A DNA stretch of 64,000 nt from Hydrolagus colliei (Eukaryota): positions 13,764,001-13,828,000 of the forward strand of contig CM068754.1 in NCBI GenBank assembly GCA_035084275.1, in the 5' to 3' direction. This document shows, one piece after another, positions 1 through 14,889 of this stretch (the stretch's first letter is position 1; each line of letters starts with the position of its first letter). The notes beneath the pieces are model-generated. The model saw nothing but the letters and a program-made list of their open reading frames with translations. It was not told the origin of the DNA and did no database searches. Made by a program: the position numbers and the translations under genes.

Positions 1-1053
1 CATGATTCACCTCTGTTAAGTAAATTTATCTGATTAAATATATTAATGCGATTGGAACATATTTCCATTTCTTCCTGTTCCTCCAGAATAAAAAATACAG
101 CGTGCAGTCATTTCTATCTTAATATTTTTAAAAACAATTACCGATAAAATTAATTTAATCTTCAGAGCAGATCATTTACGATTGAGGACATATATATTTG
201 CTTAGAAAGGCGTGAAAGCCTTGAAAAGGTTTAATACTACTCTGAGTCCCTTTATATTGAATGTTGTGTGAGTGTGTGTGAAAAAAAAATCCACATTGGT
301 GCTGTTTGCATGGATGCTTTGGAAAATGACTTTTTTGTTGCATCAAATATGCTTGACACATAATTTAGCCAACTAATTAGCATATGGTTTTGAACATATT
401 GGCAGCAGCTGCTTTGTTTCCCAATTCCAACAAGGTCAGTAAATTGTGCAACATAATTCAACATAAAGTTGCATTAACCTGAATTAATTTGATAAATAAT
501 TAGTCAATTTCAAGATGGTTGGTTTTCATGTTGGATTATGTGGCTACCACAATTCAGTAACTCCCAATTGCCACTGTCACCATTTCCAGAATTACATGAC
601 TGATCATATTAAATACCATACCCCATCAAATGTGAAAATATATTTGCCTTGTGGGAGGGGGGGAAATGTAAAAAAAAGTAATGCCGCCCACAAACCCTGT
701 ATCCTGAATTCCTGCAGTCAAGTCAAATACCTGTCACAGTATTCAATTTAATTATCAGTGAGTTTACCGCACCCAAAAATAATAATCATAATTAGAATCC
801 TTGCTTCTGATATAGCGCCTTTCATGTCGAAAAAATATCTAAAAGAATTTAGTGGATTTTTTTCATGGTAAAATGCAGAGTCAATGAATGTGACAGCCAA
901 TTTGCACACAGCAACGCTCTACAAACAACTATAAAGTGAATGGGTGGGATGGGGTTGGTGGGGGATTGTTGAACAGAAAACTGGGAGAAATTCACAGTAG
1001 AAATTAAATCCTTCCAATATTGCCATTCCACTTGCCTTGACTATCATTAAAAT

Positions 1054-1114
1054 ACAACAACAAAATTACATTTATAGAGTGCCTTTCATGTCGGGAGGAC
1101 GTCCCAAGGCGCTG
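1054..1114 (-). mobile_element. L2 LINE 3' terminal stem-loop plus (TTG)n tail
   Basis: Reverse complement reads cagcgccttgggacgtcctcccgacatgaaaggcactctataaatgtaattttgttgttg. The same tail ends the L2 ORF2 remnants at 16390-16443 and 27441-27502. Confidence 0.75.
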
Positions 1115-3004
1115 AAGATGCAACCCATATCTAACCTACGTTTGTATAGTCTGAACCACATTGTGGTTACATGCTACTAGCAATGACAAATGCAGTTTCT
1201 TCTTTGGTGCACGTAGTGTACAATTTTGCCACAAGCCGAAAAAGATGTGTATGTCCGCAAAACACAAAGTCACTCCACTTTACAGTAAAATCTTGTGCAG
1301 CACTTTGATACATCCTCATAAGGTTGATGATCATCCAGTAATTTACTCACCTTGTCAAAGAATTCCAATGTGTCCATAGGATGTTGTTTTGAAGCTGTGT
1401 TGCCTCCCTCTCGTGATCGGCCTGTTCCTGTGATGAATATTCATGTACTTCTGTAAAATGCTTAAAGCATTTTCCCCGTTGGCGGTGTTAGACTAACTTG
1501 TTTTATAATTTTTTAATTCAAGTCTCCCTCACTTACACGAGCCACTTTTCAGTCCTCTCTAGTGTACATCTAACCAGTGGAATACTGATGTCTATTTCAC
1601 CATGAAAAGATCTGCATAATTCACTCACTTGTAATTTTTTTATGGAGAGTTTGTGTTCTCCCGTATTTATTGGGTTCTCTAAAGAATTAAAACAGTTTAA
1701 AAACTTTTCAGATATTTGCAGAAATATTGTTGCAATAATAATCCTTGCATTTGATTTTGCGCCTTTCATGTCATCCCAACGTCTGAAAGTGCTCCATGGG
1801 ATATACTCTTAAATGGATTGACTGTGTATTTTGTGAGCTAAACATAAGGTGCAATGGTAGTCCACAAATCACTGAGGACTATACAAGTGCAATGCAAATG
1901 TACTTTCATAGCCCTGTTCACAATAGGGTCTTTGCCAAACAGCCAGTTAGTCGAATGGTTGAGAATAGCACTGGTAATTGATGCTGATTCTTCATTGTCA
2001 ATTATTCATGCAGTGTACAAGGTTACATCATAACATATGAAAGGCCCAGATGTGCGTTTAATGATGCAGCAAAGATTGTGCACAAACAGTGGGGAGGAGT
2101 AAGCTAGAGCAGCAGTTAAGGATGACAGCAGGTAGCATTCAATTCTCCATGAGTTCATGCAGACACGTTTCCTTTTTGCAAGTCCATTTTATTAATGGGT
2201 CGGTAATCGATGATTCAGGGGTACAAGGGGCTGCAAGAGTCACTATCTTGACAGCTCTGGTGCAAAATGCTTTCAAATCAGAATAGAAAACAAAGGTAAC
2301 ATATGTAAAGTTTGCCTTTTTTTTAATACCATTCACCCCAGGGATCAGATTGAGTTTGGTTGTGTTGATCCAAATTGAATTCTGTCTCCCTAGGGTATAG
2401 ACACTACCTTTTCTCTGAACCAGGGCATGTGTTGGACATTGTCAAATTATATTCCCTGCACCTTGGGGCAGCAGATAATCAGGTTTTGAAGGCACTTGCT
2501 TCGGAGCTGGTTTGAAATCGACATGCTAAGATGAGGCGATGAAAATACAGATTATTTCAAAATTCAGGTCCTCTAAACCCATGGTCCAAGCGTGACAATT
2601 GCATAACAGGTCGCCAAATTCGAAAGTGAATAAATAGGGCTGGGTGACTTTGAAGCTAATTTTTCGTAAGTTCTTTTAAGAGCTTCGGTAAACATAAAAA
2701 AAAAAGGCATGACTGAGTGCAACACTTTGTCGTATTCTGAACATTTTAAGATGTTACTTGCAAAAGAGTCCATCAAAGACCCAGGTAGAATTTCTTCCGA
2801 ACAGATCCTAAAATAGAATACTGAGGCACTTTTGTAAATGTAACATGGGCTCCCCCAGTGGTGACATACAGTAAAGCAGCACTAAAACCATTCACCCCAG
2901 AAGATTGTACTGCACTTTAGTATCTGTCTACAACAATATGCTACACATAGCCATGAAGTGATTGACCAAGTTTTATCAGGCGGATTGCGAGCCAGAACCA
3001 GACA

Positions 3005-3092
3005 AGAAACTCCCTTCTGTTTTTGAATAGGGCTTTGGGATTTTTAACGACCACTTGAACAAGCAGATGGGACCTCATTTTTATGTCTCATT
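3005..3092 (-). mobile_element. Old Deu-domain SINE core fragment (AmnSINE1/SacSINE1-like)
   Basis: Reverse complement atgagacataaaaatgaggtcccatctgcttgttcaagtggtcgttaaaaatcccaaagccctattc resembles the Deu-SINE core as recalled, and matches the in-window copy at about 42300-42360. Confidence 0.55.
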
Positions 3093-6000
3093 ATCAATAA
3101 CACTCGGAATCTTCGGCTACTCACGTCAGGAGGAAGCCTTGAAGTAAGTGTTCCACGCAAAGTGTAGTGACTGTTTAGGCAAACGATAAAACACAATTGT
3201 TAAGCGATTGTTCTTTTAAAGAACAATCTTTAAAAGTGACCAAAATGATTGAAACCAAATAGCACACAACAGAGAGGGAGAGAGAGAGCTACAGAAGCCA
3301 GTGGAACTGTATGCAAGTCATTTGCAACACTCTTGTGGTGAGCACTCAATTTTACAGATTTACGCGCGTGATTAATCTCACAGAAAGCTTGCGAGATTTG
3401 GTTAAGAGTGACCTCTGCACTATTTCAGCAGTGACGAAGCTTGTCCCACTGAAAACATCACCTGCTGGCGGAAGATGGAAATGACAAGCCCCATCCATAG
3501 AAGTGGAACAAGGAATGTAAGTTTGACCTGCAGGGAGGAAAGGGTTAACACTTCATTTATCTGAACCCGGGCAGTTCAATGTTCAAACAATTTTTATTAA
3601 TGTCACTCGTGCACTGAGGGATAGGAACCTTCTGCTTTTAGCATCGTAGCAGTTGGAATTTCTGGGGCCTCCGCCAATGAAATTTTAATCTTTTGTCCTG
3701 ATATGACACTTCAAATTGATCCCCTTTTTCCACAGTCAGTCCTGGTATTTTCTATTTTTGATGGTTTGACTCAAAGCAACTATGTCTAGCAACTAAGCAT
3801 GACCCCTTTATTTCCCACTGTTTATCCCTCAAACACACACATACACATTTTTTGCAATTTGGAACAGCCAAGCTGAGAGGATGTTAAAAAAAAACCTCTC
3901 TAATCCTAGCACAATGGCAAAGAGACAAAGGGAAAAAAAACAGCATTAAATATTAACAATATATCAATATATTCAAAGTATTGTACACTATAAATGCACA
4001 ATACCGTAAGTATTAAAAGTATGTAGATCACTTCAACTTCACTTACTGTTAACTTCGAGTCAGCTCTATTACTGGATTGTCATTGTAGTGTCAGTTCTGC
4101 CAAATAAGTAAATACCTGATGGGTGAATGGTTCTGTCAAAGGAACGAACATTGAAGATTCAAAATCATTTTCTATCTGCGCTCATTGTTTTTGCCTTTCA
4201 ATCCAATACAATTTGCTCTCTACTTCCCTGGTACAGTATTTTGCTTTGCTTGTGTGATCCCAGTTTTGCTATAATTTCAGGTCAGATTGCTGCGTTGCAT
4301 TATGTTGGCTTATATCAACAAGCTGCCAAATTACAGTCAATTTAAGTAATACCTGTATTAAAATTTACAGACAACTGTGCAATATGGTTAAAAGCTTTCC
4401 AGAAATTGCAAGCTTTAAATCGGGGTTGCCACCTAATAAATTGTTGAAAATGAAATATATTCTACGGCTGATGGATTCGATACAACAATGGATCTCGTAA
4501 ATAAGTTACACAGATCCCCTTCGTGAGCACGATTTTAAAACAATATTCAGCAGCTCGGTTGAATCGTGTTCTGTTTGTGGCATTACTTGGGAGGTTCCAA
4601 CATTTTGTGTTTGGAGAAAAAAACACACAAAGGCCACAGAGATTTAGGAACAATCACTATGTTGTTCTGTTTGAGACAGCCTTGACAGCAGATTTGCTCA
4701 GGGATCTGACTGTTACTGAATGATGGTGAAAGCGCACTCAGCGTGTTGTGTTCACTGAGTGTTGGCGACTCGCTTGCAAGTGAAATAAATATATCTTCTA
4801 CGTACCAGAGTTAACGAGTATGTAGAATAATGATCCCTGCATTTTTTGCCTCAGGAACGTCCAAACATCTCAAAGAACTTGGCAGTATTTGCTGTCAAGT
4901 ATAGTGATTGCCCTGCACTCTGTATCCTCTTGGACACAATCTAGATTGAGATTATTTTAATTTGCTTGTGGATACCCTAGTTTCTCCCTTTAGTTTCAGA
5001 TTTACACACCTCTTCAAGAACCAGTGACATGTCATGTAGCGTCATGATTTGCTGTTTGTGCTGCCCATACACATTTTTTCATAGGGTTATTAAATTTGCA
5101 CAATGGTTGTTAGGCTGATAAAATATTGTTGGGTAGGTGATAATGTTGTTTAAATGGCCTAATCCTATCTGTTCAGCAAATCTCTGTGATGAAGCTACGC
5201 ATTCGTCCATCTGATTTTGCTAATTTCCACACTGCCCCTGCATTTGCACTGAACTAAATAAAAATAATAATCTGTTCATTTGATGAGAGCCTTTCACATC
5301 TGGAAGATTTCGCACAGCGCCTCACAGGATTGACTGTAAAATGTAACAACTGTGTATTTTGTAGACAAATGCAGATTGTGATGTCCAATTATTTCAGTGG
5401 TCCATATGTGGACAGAAACTATTACATATACTATTAGGTGCGATATATCCAGATACCCCTATAAGTCGCATGCCATTCGCATGCCATTATTACAAAGTTT
5501 CTTGTAATAATGTCTGGACAAATGAATTAAATATCTTCCTTGGCGGTGGGGGGGAACCGGGGGACGTAAGCAAATCTTACATCTCTCTTTATCTCTCTCT
5601 CTCCGCTGTTCTCCACACATGTGTGTCAAAGTGCTATGTACAGTAAGGGGCTTAAGATGATACTCTGCATGGACCTAATGTGCTGAAAGTCACAGGCACA
5701 TTAACGGCCCTGGAGGTAAAAGTAGATGAAGCAATTGAGTGCGGAAAACTGGACTGACAAAACGCAGGAGGAAAAACAAATGCCCTCTGCCTTGCCCCCA
5801 ACCTCCATCCCTCATTTACTTCAAACAGCTGTTTTTGACAGAGGTGGAGTTTCATTGCCATTGGAGTACGCCAGATCCTTAGCTGATAATGTGCTAGCTC
5901 CATGTCATGGCTTCTTGCTGCCTGAAGCTCCACCCCCCTCTGTGTGATGTTGAGACTGCCTCACACAGCTAGGCAGCCTGAGCCAGCATTCTCTCACTGT

Positions 6001-7594
6001 GAGAGTCAGCCAGCACGTACAGTACTGTACAGTTACAGAACAATTGCTGTATATGCAGTCAAGCCCACTCCTGTCAGGGACACTAGTTCCACCGATCTGA
6101 TCAGCAAACTACGATGGACCTCTTTGAGTTTGACTTTTTCAGAGACTGGGAATTGGAACAGTCGTGGTAGGTCTCTCTTTTTTTTTTGCCTTTGTTTTGA
6201 ATAAGCTTCTGCATGCTGTAGTTCAAGCCTTTTCTCACAGGCTAACCTCCTACTGGTTCCTGCCTTAGTTGCTATTATTGTGAAACAGTGAGGATTGCAG
6301 ATTTTCGATCCAGCTGCACCGGCTTGTCTCGAGTCTAAATTCACAACAGTATTTTAGTGAAGGCTTCCTTTGTCTTGTATTTTATTTCCGCCAAACCTTT
6401 CGTGGATGTAAGGCACCAGAGACACCTTGTGCTCCTTTCCACTTGATGGACTGACTTAAGTTTGAAGCTGGATATTCCAGTGTAAAGTGAATGAATGTTT
6501 CCAATTAACAGGGTGACTGGTAGGTTTTTAAGGTCACCGTATGACAGATATGTTTGAAGAGGGAACATCAGCAATGGCTTAAAGCTGCACATTTCAAGTG
6601 CAAATTTGCAATCTGCACGGGGTTGATCATTCGCCACAAATTCCTGAAGAAAAAATCAATGTGTGCGTACATTGGTGAAAGTTTTAAGCCCAACCTGCGA
6701 TTTTCTCTTTCGAGAGGACGATCTTAGTTGTTTTATGCAAGTGGGTTTCGCTGTGTCTGTATTACTGCCGAAATCACTTATATATTTTTAAAATGTCATA
6801 TCGCAAATCCATTTGAACTTGCTAATTTGAATATTAATTAAATAGCGTGAAATTGTTTCCAGATGTGCAAACAATTAAAATGTATGTGGGTTTTTTAGGG
6901 GGGGTGTTGGAGGTGGAGGGGGGGGTGTTCCCAATTATGCTGCAGTCCTCAAAGGGTTAACCACGGAAATTGATTCAGCCCTTTAATTTTCCTTTAGCTG
7001 AGGGATGGCAAATGGTAGGTAGAGATGCGCCTGCAATGTTGATTTTGATTTATTGAGAGATAGTCTAAACTGATTTCAATGTGCTTTAGTTCTATTAAAA
7101 ATAGCAAATCCTTCACTCCACCCCCGACCCCCCCACACACACACACACACATTCTGCTCCCTCTACCCTGCCCCCCCCCCCCCCCTTTCCCCCTACCCCA
7201 AGTTTAATTTAGTAATTCTGACAAAACATAATGCGATTGGGCAGATTGTGCCAAAAGTTCCTGTTCTGACCTGACCGAGGAGCCCATCAAGGTGTTTATT
7301 GTTTCCGTGCAGTTTTATTTTATTTGTATGTACTGTTTTTGCAGCGGATCAGTATTTTGCTTCCTTTTTTTTGTAGTATTGGAGTGGTTTAGTGGTGGTG
7401 TTTTCACTGGTCATCTTGAACGCCTTAAAGCTCTGTGTACTGACAGTCAAGTAGGGGCTGGTGAAACGGTGGGTGGGAGAGCAGAGAAGGACTGGTGTGT
7501 GTGTGTGTGTGGAGGTGGAGGGGGTGTTGGGTGGAGATTAGTTTGAGGAAGATGCATGTTGTCCTCACGGATGACTGGTTGGTTGATAATAGAT

Positions 7595-7693
7595 AGAAAG
7601 ACAAATGCTGGATATCTGTTACAGGTCAGACCGGATCTGGAAGGGAAAGCAAGGTTAATAATGTTTCAGGCTGGGACTCTACAGCAGAATTGG
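7595..7693 (-). mobile_element. Degenerate Penelope-like terminal fragment with decayed hammerhead motif
   Basis: Similar to 48678-48797 (tgctgg..caggtcag..gcatc/ggatc..gtttcag/cgg..cagaa). The minus-strand core is mutated (ctgctgta...gaaac). Confidence 0.5.
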
Positions 7694-10482
7694 TCGAGAT
7701 ATGCCTGACCCTTGGTAGCCCAGTGACAGAATGAATCTGATCAGTGTTAGCCTGATGTTTGATCACTCGTGGCCTAGCAATGTGTGTTGGTTCCCTAGTG
7801 CTGGTATTTGTTCATTCCTTGTGGTCCACGCTTTGGTGTTGCTTCCCTGCTATTTCAGGAACTGTATCCCTCCGATCTGATTACTTGCTGGCTTTAGTGA
7901 CAGTGCGCGCGTCCCATCCGTGATGCCCGTGATGGCGAGTGCGGGTGTCAGAAGGCAACCCTGAAACGTTTGTGGTGCCTCATCATGTCACAGCGTACCA
8001 AAGTGATTCACAGGCGTTTCAATCTCAGGTGGTGGTGACTGTTTCTGCAGGAGAATACGCCATCTGCCCCCAGCTTATGGATTTTTGCCGTTTTCTTTGG
8101 GAATGGAGTCATTAAATTGCTGCCACCGACCATTTAGGCGGTCAGGCTGAGCTCAAGTCCAATGTGGGGCTTTATACCCAACACCTTCTGACCTGGAGGC
8201 GAGAGATTGGTCAATTGAGCCTGGCTGAACACCTGGCAGTCTCTGTCAAATTGCTGCAGCCTCAGCAATGTTGTGTACCCAATCAAATGCGACTGTGTAG
8301 GCAGCATAAGTTTATCTTGTGTGGTGACTTGTTTAGGAGAGGGGTGAAGCAATACATCTGAACTCCTGACAAGCTGGGCAGGAACGCATTGGAGTTTCTA
8401 GTAATCTCGTGGCAATGTAGCACAAATCCCTGATAATCTTTCAGCGGCAGGGGGAGTGTGGGCCAGCACTTCATGAGTACAGTGGATGTGTTGTTGTTTT
8501 TTTTTGCAGCTTTTCATTTGCATGTTTGGTTTTAAATTCAGATAATCTGACTATTACCCAAATGGATCCTTGAACAAAAGTAAAATACAAAATGTTTGCA
8601 AGGTTAACTTTTTTTTAAAAAAACAAGTACTGTACATGCGTATGAGTGGCTGTAGATTTCTGATAATTAAATGCAGTGCATAAAGATTCTGGAAATAAAA
8701 AATCATTACGAGGTTGTGTCAAATCTTTAACATTTCTGCCTTCAAAAAATGCAGAAAGTTTGAAGCTTTAAACTTTAAACCGTAGACCAGTGTTTCGAAA
8801 ATCAATCAACTTTGGCTCAGGCAACACACATGATTAGTTAATGGTTACCTTATTTTCTAAAACCAAATAATATTTGAATGCAGAATATTGCACAGTCAAT
8901 ATTCTCTTGGCAATTTCAGTCATTTTTCTGGGGGCAATTCGATAATCATCATTCGGCTTTGAGAGCATTTATGCTACATGGTTTATATTTCAGATTTAAT
9001 ATAAATCTTTTTTTTTGGCAAATCAGTGTAAAGAGGAAAGATTTACAGAACTGGTAGGCAACTTTAATAAGATTTTATCTGGTACAGCTGCTATGCATGA
9101 ATGTAAGGTCTGACCTGAAACAGTTCACCTTTGTTTAGAATATATGATCCCTTCCAGAATGTCAAATTATGTTGAAAACTCATTTGATCTGATACTTTGG
9201 AATGCAGTTAACTCTCAAAAGTACACTCTCTTAATGGAAAGTGGAGCCTGCCTTGCAGATGGCCTGTTCACACTGTTAAATGCTGCAAATCTAGATCTTT
9301 GAACTTTCTATTTATGTAGCATCAAGAGCTGTTACAATTTCTGCAAGGACATTTATTGTGTTTCGATTGGATTGCCTGCCCGGTGATGAGCTTAATGTTG
9401 TTTTTGTAACTTGGAATTATTTTTGTATTCAGCTCAGTAGATTGCTTATGCCATCAATTATTAATCACCTGGTTAATTGTTGTTGAATTGTTACACTGCA
9501 GTTGCTGCTGCCACCATTTTTCGATTTGTGTTACCTTGAGAATAGTGATTCAACTACAGCTGTTTCAATTACCTCTGAGGCATCAAGAAATATTCAGAAC
9601 TTAGCGAGAAACAATAATCCCGTAAATAAGTGCCAGTATTGTGCGCCTTAACGTAAAAGCCATGTGGAAATATATAAAAAGCTACTTTTATTTTACAAGT
9701 GCGGGCAACAATTAGTGAACAGTCAAACTGTGATCCCTACCTACTTCCTCGGTTTACGATGGTGCATTGGATCTGGATTTCTTCCATAGTTTATGATTGT
9801 GATGAACTGTACATGTGTCTGTCAATCAATAGAATGTAAATAAATATGCTGGATTGGCCATAGAATGTAGTTACATTAGGACAAATGCTTCTAGCAAGAA
9901 TCTCCCCACCCACTGATGATCCCAAGGGTTCAGGTATGGTCTACTTTGGAGAGCTGGGATTATTTACTCCAACCCAGCATGTGGTCTTTGAGTCTTTTTG
10001 TTTTATGTATTTACAAGGGCCACATCCCACTGGTGCATTTAAAAACGTTGGTAATGGTGCCACAGTCTCAGTGCTCCACCAGCAACTGCCTCTTAAAATC
10101 GTGAGTCTAAAAGCGGCGAGCAGGAAATGGCTGCTGTCCCCAGTGGGGCAACAGTGCTTTAAAGGGGAACCATTTTTAAGAAACTTACAAGATGTTTGCC
10201 AAACAGTTTTATGCCTGTTTGCAAATTCCCAATCCAAGTCGGATTGAAAAGCAAGCATTGTATATTGCATGTCATGGTCGCTCCACTGGCTGTTTGTTCC
10301 TCTTCTTCCCCCCCACTCCCCCCCCCCCCACTCCACCCCACTTAACTCTAAATGCCACCCCCACCCAAAAAAAAATGTAATTCACCAAACGAGGTGTTGC
10401 GGTTTAACCCATGGCGGTTTCTTGCGTAATTCATTGATCATGATGCAACTCATTATGAAGAATCCTTCCAGTTATCTGTACT

Positions 10483-10796
10483 ATGTCAGGTCAACCCTGG
10501 AAAGTGCTCTGGAAAAGACTCCAGGGCATCGGAACAGATATAAACATGTATTTAAACTGTGCATCAGCATTAAACAGTGTCGATATTTCATATCTCAGGT
10601 TAACCTGGAGCTCGTGTTGGCGGCTCATTATAAAGGAACCCATTAGAAATTGCCACATTTTATTCCACACTTATTTTTTTAAAATCATAGATATATATAT
10701 TTTAAAATGGAAAATGTGGTCATTTAAATAAATGTTTATATCAGTTCCGATGCCCTGGAGTCTTTTCCAGAGCACTTTCCAGGGTTGAGATGACAT
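10483..10796. repeat. Foldback / MITE-like element with 74-bp inverted arms
   Basis: 10483-10556 is the reverse complement of 10723-10796 with 4 mismatches, around a 166-bp spacer. The ORF track shows the same peptide QPWKVLWKRLQGIGTDIN on both strands. Confidence 0.9.
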
Positions 10797-13700
10797 TGAT
10801 AAACCTCTCAAACCTCGCTCTTGCAATTGCTCTTCCTCTTGATGTGTTACTGACTTGCGTACAGTGCAGACAGCATGTGTTACACTACATGTGAGGCGAG
10901 ACAGATTAACATAAAACACAGAATTCGCACTTTCAGTGAAATTGCACTTGTAGGCTCATTCTAGTGTTGATGGTAATTGCAAGCATAAAATCAGCCCATT
11001 ATCTCCTCCGATTTGCACCACAACCTTTCTACAGTGTCTGAGAACTTGTCATTTTTATGAATCTAATCAGCATACTGTGGGTGAAGCTGGCACACAGTAT
11101 GCACACACTCTTAACATTTGAGAGCTGTGTTCCTTCCTGCAGACTGTGAGACATTCTTTCTGTCACTTGGTTTGAGTTTTTTGCCAACTGCGAGGAAAAA
11201 GAAACACGCCATAGGAGATGTTGTACAGCTTTAACACTTTAAAAAAAAAAGAAAAACAAAGTCAGTTAATAATACAGAAAGGGGAACTGGGACAGTTGCT
11301 TGGTATTATAGATTGATTAATGTAAATTTCAAGAGGATTCAGTTTCAGGGGTAGACGAGCACCACAATGCAAAACATCTGAAGCAATAAAAATAGGGTCA
11401 GTCTACCAATAGTTATTTTGTGTCTCAAGCAATGTCTCTCAAGCAGTTTATTTTAATAAAATGCGCTGATCTGGTCTACTTTGTTTGCAATTACTATATT
11501 TGGAAATCCACAAATGTAACTATCGTATTATATCCTTGTTTGGATCATTACATCATTGATTCTTTTATTGCAGGACCTTGTAGTTCTAAATTGGGAGCTC
11601 AGTGTCTACGTTAGGGCTTGGAATTGGCCTACTGTCTATTTATAAGCTTGACATATTCATTATTAATACCATTGCAGGTTTTAAAGTTGCTGCACTTCTA
11701 ATGACAGGTGCAGACGGTCATATGTTCACGTGCAGTGGACACACACGTTTTAGTCAAGGCGATATGGCGCTCAGTGCGCTATTTTAAAATGCGACTGTGG
11801 CACAAGAACTAAATTCCTGCGTTAAAGGGTATGGCTGTGTGTGAGCTTAACTGGTTCACAGGAAGTAAACAGTGAAATCTATTTTGCCCAGCAGAGCAAA
11901 TGGAACTCTGAGAACACTGAACCAAATTATCACTGGACGTATGGCAGCAGCAGAAGAGGTTTACGCAGCACTGCACAGTGGGCTATAATGATCAAGAAGC
12001 CTATTCCAGAGATAGTATCTGAAATGCTTTGCCTGCATCTCAATAACCGTGAAAAGAGGAAGCGTATCCAACGCCACCGTTATAAACTTGCCACACACCC
12101 ATCCTCCACAGAAAACATGCCGGCTGCCCTACAATGAGGGAGAGTTTCCATAAAGACTCTCCGGTTCATTCTAGGAACAAAATGGAAAGCAAGAAAAGCG
12201 GTGGCAGTTGTTTCTGTTCTTCCTGTAATCCTGTAGGAGACGACAGATAATAACCCTGAGCGGGTGCGATGCTTGGACTCCTATTTTTCAGTTATAAATG
12301 ATGTGACGTTCAAACATCTGTCTGGCTGCCCAGACCCCACCCGAAAAGGTGTTTTGTGAGACATGCCAGACATGACTTGAACGTCAGCTTGTAACCTCTG
12401 TAATCTGTGGTGTCGGTGAAATGGAGGGATACTATCTAGGATACTATCAGTCTTGGAATGTCCTCCCTACGTGAAAGACGCTCTAGAAATGTAATTTTGT
12501 TGATTTTATTGTTCTAAGTTTTATTGTTTTTTTAAAACTTTAAATTAAATGAAAATAAATAATGATGATAATCCTTAGTATTCATATAGTCTGTTTCAAT
12601 TGGGAGAACCTCTCAAAGAACTTCATAGAATATACCATAAAGTTTAGTCGCTATGTATTTTTATCATAGGCTTTTTAAAAAACATTACATCACTATTTGA
12701 CGGTTCTTCCATCGACCCGTAAGTCACCCTGTTACACAAGGGCTGTAAGAAGGGCACAGCTCTGTGCGGTCTGTCGTGTGAGTACGTGTGTGAAAAATGT
12801 TCACAAATGTTTCAATGTTTACATAAACTTTGTGTCAGTCGAGTACTAAAGGGTCTTGGATTCACAAAGCACCACTAATCTGCCAGGGATTTGATGTATT
12901 GTGTCCCTCCCTCAGTAGATCACCAGGGTTTCCTCGCAAATCATCAAGTACAATACCTAGGTTAAGTTTGCAGTCTACCCCCCTCCTCCCACTGGACAGG
13001 TGGGAAAAAATGGAAACTAAACCATTAATGCATCAAAAAAAACAGACATCGTGAAATAGTGGTAAACCCTTCGGAAGGCATTGCCAGGGCATATCACAGC
13101 CTCCTGTTGAGGGTGTGAAAATCGTTGGTAAGACGAGAAATGCAACTGCATGTACAAGCAATGGAACAAAGGAATGTTTTGGGGACGTCCTCCTGATGTG
13201 AAAGGCGCTATAGAAATCTAATTTTGTTATTGTTGTTTTTGATCTCCTGCAACTGGCAATTTTCAAGGGGAAATAAAAGAAAGGTAAAGTTGCGTCCAAA
13301 TTAACGGGCTTCAATTTCAGGATAGACACACATTTGCTGACATCGGGTTCAGGCAGGGAATTTGTTGCTGGTCTGACCGCTGAGTTCTGACTCGCTCACA
13401 GAGAGAGATAAAATACACCTTGAGCTTTTAGAGGCAAAAGAGTGAAACGGCTTTCGAACAAAAAAATGGAGACATTTTAAGCAAAAGGACACTAAAAGTG
13501 TTTTAACCTCTGCCACTGAAAAATCTTGCAGGCAATTAAAATGTTTATTTACGCTCCGAAAAATATATCCCGAATAAGATCTGAGAATTTTAGTACAAAA
13601 AGAAAGTGATTAAATAATCTCAACTACTGTTCCTTTGTACTGTTGAGGTAAGGGTCATCTGCAGCTATAGGGAAATTCTGAGCAGACTCAGTCTTGTTTC

Positions 13701-14153
13701 CCTGCCATGTTGACACTGCCTGCGATGGATTGCACAGTGCTCACTGCTGGGACCTATCTTCTACAGTGCTATGCCTTACGGCACCGTTTTTAATTTTACA
13801 TGAGGTGATGTTCTGCTTTGCATTGGAATTGATTCCCCCCATTACACACGCTCGGTAAATTTACTATACAACAGAATAAGTAGAATTTGAATCTGGCTTT
13901 TGAGTTAAGCAGGTTTTGGTCTGAACCAGCTAGATTCGAGGCAGCTAAGTTTAAACCATATCACCTTGATGCCTGACTGCCTGAAGGTTTGTGTTCAGCT
14001 CACCTGCGCAATTGGAACTGCATATTTCCGGTTGCCTTTGGCTCAATTGAGTCCATTCGATGTAACGTAAAAATAAAATAATCCTTATATTTGATATAGC
14101 ACCTTATCATGTTGTCGAATTTCTCAAAGAGCATCACAAGATTTTACCAATTA

Positions 14154-14889
14154 CAGTAGAAGCCCATTTATCCGGCACCCCCGGGACTTGGCCAGTGCTG
14201 GTTAAAGTGCCTGCTGGATATTCGCCAGAAAACCCAACACAAAAAAAATTATTTAAAAAAAACAGCATATTAATAAGAGACTAAATAATCATTTATATGA
14301 TAATATAATATATATAAATAATAATAATAATCCTTTTACACGCAGCGACCAGGCAGTTCAGAGAGATCTTTAAACTAGTGCAAAAGTTACACGTCTGAAT
14401 GACATTGTTCTCATTGGGGGTAGAAGAGAGGAAAGCTCGTGTTATTGAGAAAGCAGAGAGTGAGCGGCGGCCGCTCAGTTCAGTTCACTTTCTGTCCAAA
14501 AAGCTTTGAGATGCAAACGAGCATTGCAGGGATGAGTCTTTTTTATTAAAATAAAAAGCCAATGAATTGATCCGCAAGCTTTGCTCAGGGCGTGTGTTGT
14601 GTTTTGCTGATTTGTGACTAAATTAAATCGAAATTAATCAACTCACCCTCTGCTTCTCAAAGAGTGCACTCCGGAGAGTGCATTGCTGTACAGTACCGGC
14701 AGCATTCTGAGCTAGCGCCACCATCAGGCACCTAGTGGCAGCATTCCAAAATACTGACACAACACAAAACGTCAAAAGAATGCATTTTTCTGGATAAATT
14801 CCGGTTTATTGAACGCGCACCTTTTTTTTGCAGTGGCGGTTATACGGAAGTTACGGTTGATCGGGTCATGGATAAGCAGGCTTCTACTG
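14154..14889. mobile_element. Non-autonomous Tc1/mariner (Tigger/pogo-like) MITE
   Basis: TIRs are CAGTAGAAGCCCATTTATCC and (reverse complement) CAGTAGAAGCCTGCTTATCC, flanked by TA at 14152-14153 and 14890-14891. No transposase ORF. It sits directly after a minus-strand SINE tail (about 14076-14150). Confidence 0.85.
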
